This document shows positions 63,635-64,000 of a stretch of DNA of 64,000 nucleotides, one piece after another. Position numbers and translations under genes: made by a program. The stretch spans positions 2,432,001 through 2,496,000 of the forward strand of contig CAVTCS010000003.1 in assembly GCA_963733295.1 (NCBI GenBank), given 5' to 3'. The stretch comes from Vulcanimicrobiota bacterium. GTDB taxonomy: Bacteria; Vulcanimicrobiota; Vulcanimicrobiia; Vulcanimicrobiales; Vulcanimicrobiaceae. Under the pieces are notes generated by a model. It made no database searches, was not told the origin of the DNA, and worked only from the letters and a program-made list of their open reading frames with translations. How positions within the stretch are numbered: the stretch's first letter is position 1; the number at the start of each line of letters is the position of its first letter.

Positions 63635-64000
63635 ATGGTCTTCCTGATCCTGGTCTTCGTCGCCGCTTCGGGGGCGGCCAATCCCGCGCCGGCGATGCCG
63701 GTCGGACCGCTCAAGGAGATCGGGCAAGTCCACGCCTCCGCGAACATGTGCGGCGCACTCGTCGTCCATGCGAATTCCGCGATCTCGGCCGCTCTGCGCG
63801 ACGACCTGCTCATCACACGCACGATCGGACGCATGCGCAGCTCGAACTTGGAAGGTGAAGCGCTGAGCAGACGCCAGGCCATGAACGATTTGGATCGCCT
63901 TGCCGCAGAGCTTCGCGAGACGGAGACGCAGGGCATCGGTGAGGTCAACCGCTTGCGCGACTTGGGTGCCAAAACGGGCGACGCGACGCACAAGGTGGAG
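63635..64000 (+). CDS. secreted hypothetical protein, 3'-truncated by window edge
   Basis: Manual translation 'MVFLILVFVAASGAANPAPAMPVGPLKEIGQVHASANMCGAL...' stays open to the window end. GGGAG SD. Confidence 0.7.
   Translation, partial: MVFLILVFVAASGAANPAPAMPVGPLKEIGQVHASANMCGALVVHANSAISAALRDDLLITRTIGRMRSSNLEGEALSRRQAMNDLDRLAAELRETETQGIGEVNRLRDLGAKTGDATHKVE

Overview
This is a 64-kb window from a GC-rich bacterium. The gene set and protein styles resemble Candidatus Eremiobacterota/Vulcanimicrobiia, which is my inference and was not checked. Most of the window is housekeeping: a glycogen/alpha-glucan operon (GH63/MGH1-like glycosidase, glgB, glgX, malQ, NTP-transferase/PMM fusion; 1-10 kb), acnA, rnd, VKOR, OPT transporter, acyl-CoA synthetase, bolA/monothiol Grx, ppk1, an OpuB/OsmF-type ABC transporter facing egtD, glycolipid genes, ECF sigma, MarR, PadR, prfC and a GH130-like enzyme. 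A visibly lower-GC accessory region lies at about 10.0-25.7 kb and holds three notable things. (i) A minus-strand five-gene operon in which an SdpA/DUF5819-like and SdpB/HTTM pair is followed by a Cys-His NlpC/P60-like lipoprotein and two small exported proteins (one with CxxCH), with no SdpC peptide visible. (ii) Six paralogous TPR-like helical-repeat genes, only one of which keeps a LuxR HTH. Two of them are preceded by a conserved ~120-bp non-coding repeat and GGGAC-N4-GTCCC palindromes. (iii) An 88-bp displaced copy of the 3' end of the upstream NTP-transferase/PMM gene, which looks like an integration or recombination scar. Several island genes carry single-base frameshifts, from decay or assembly error. 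No tRNA, rRNA, CRISPR array, integrase or transposase was recognised.
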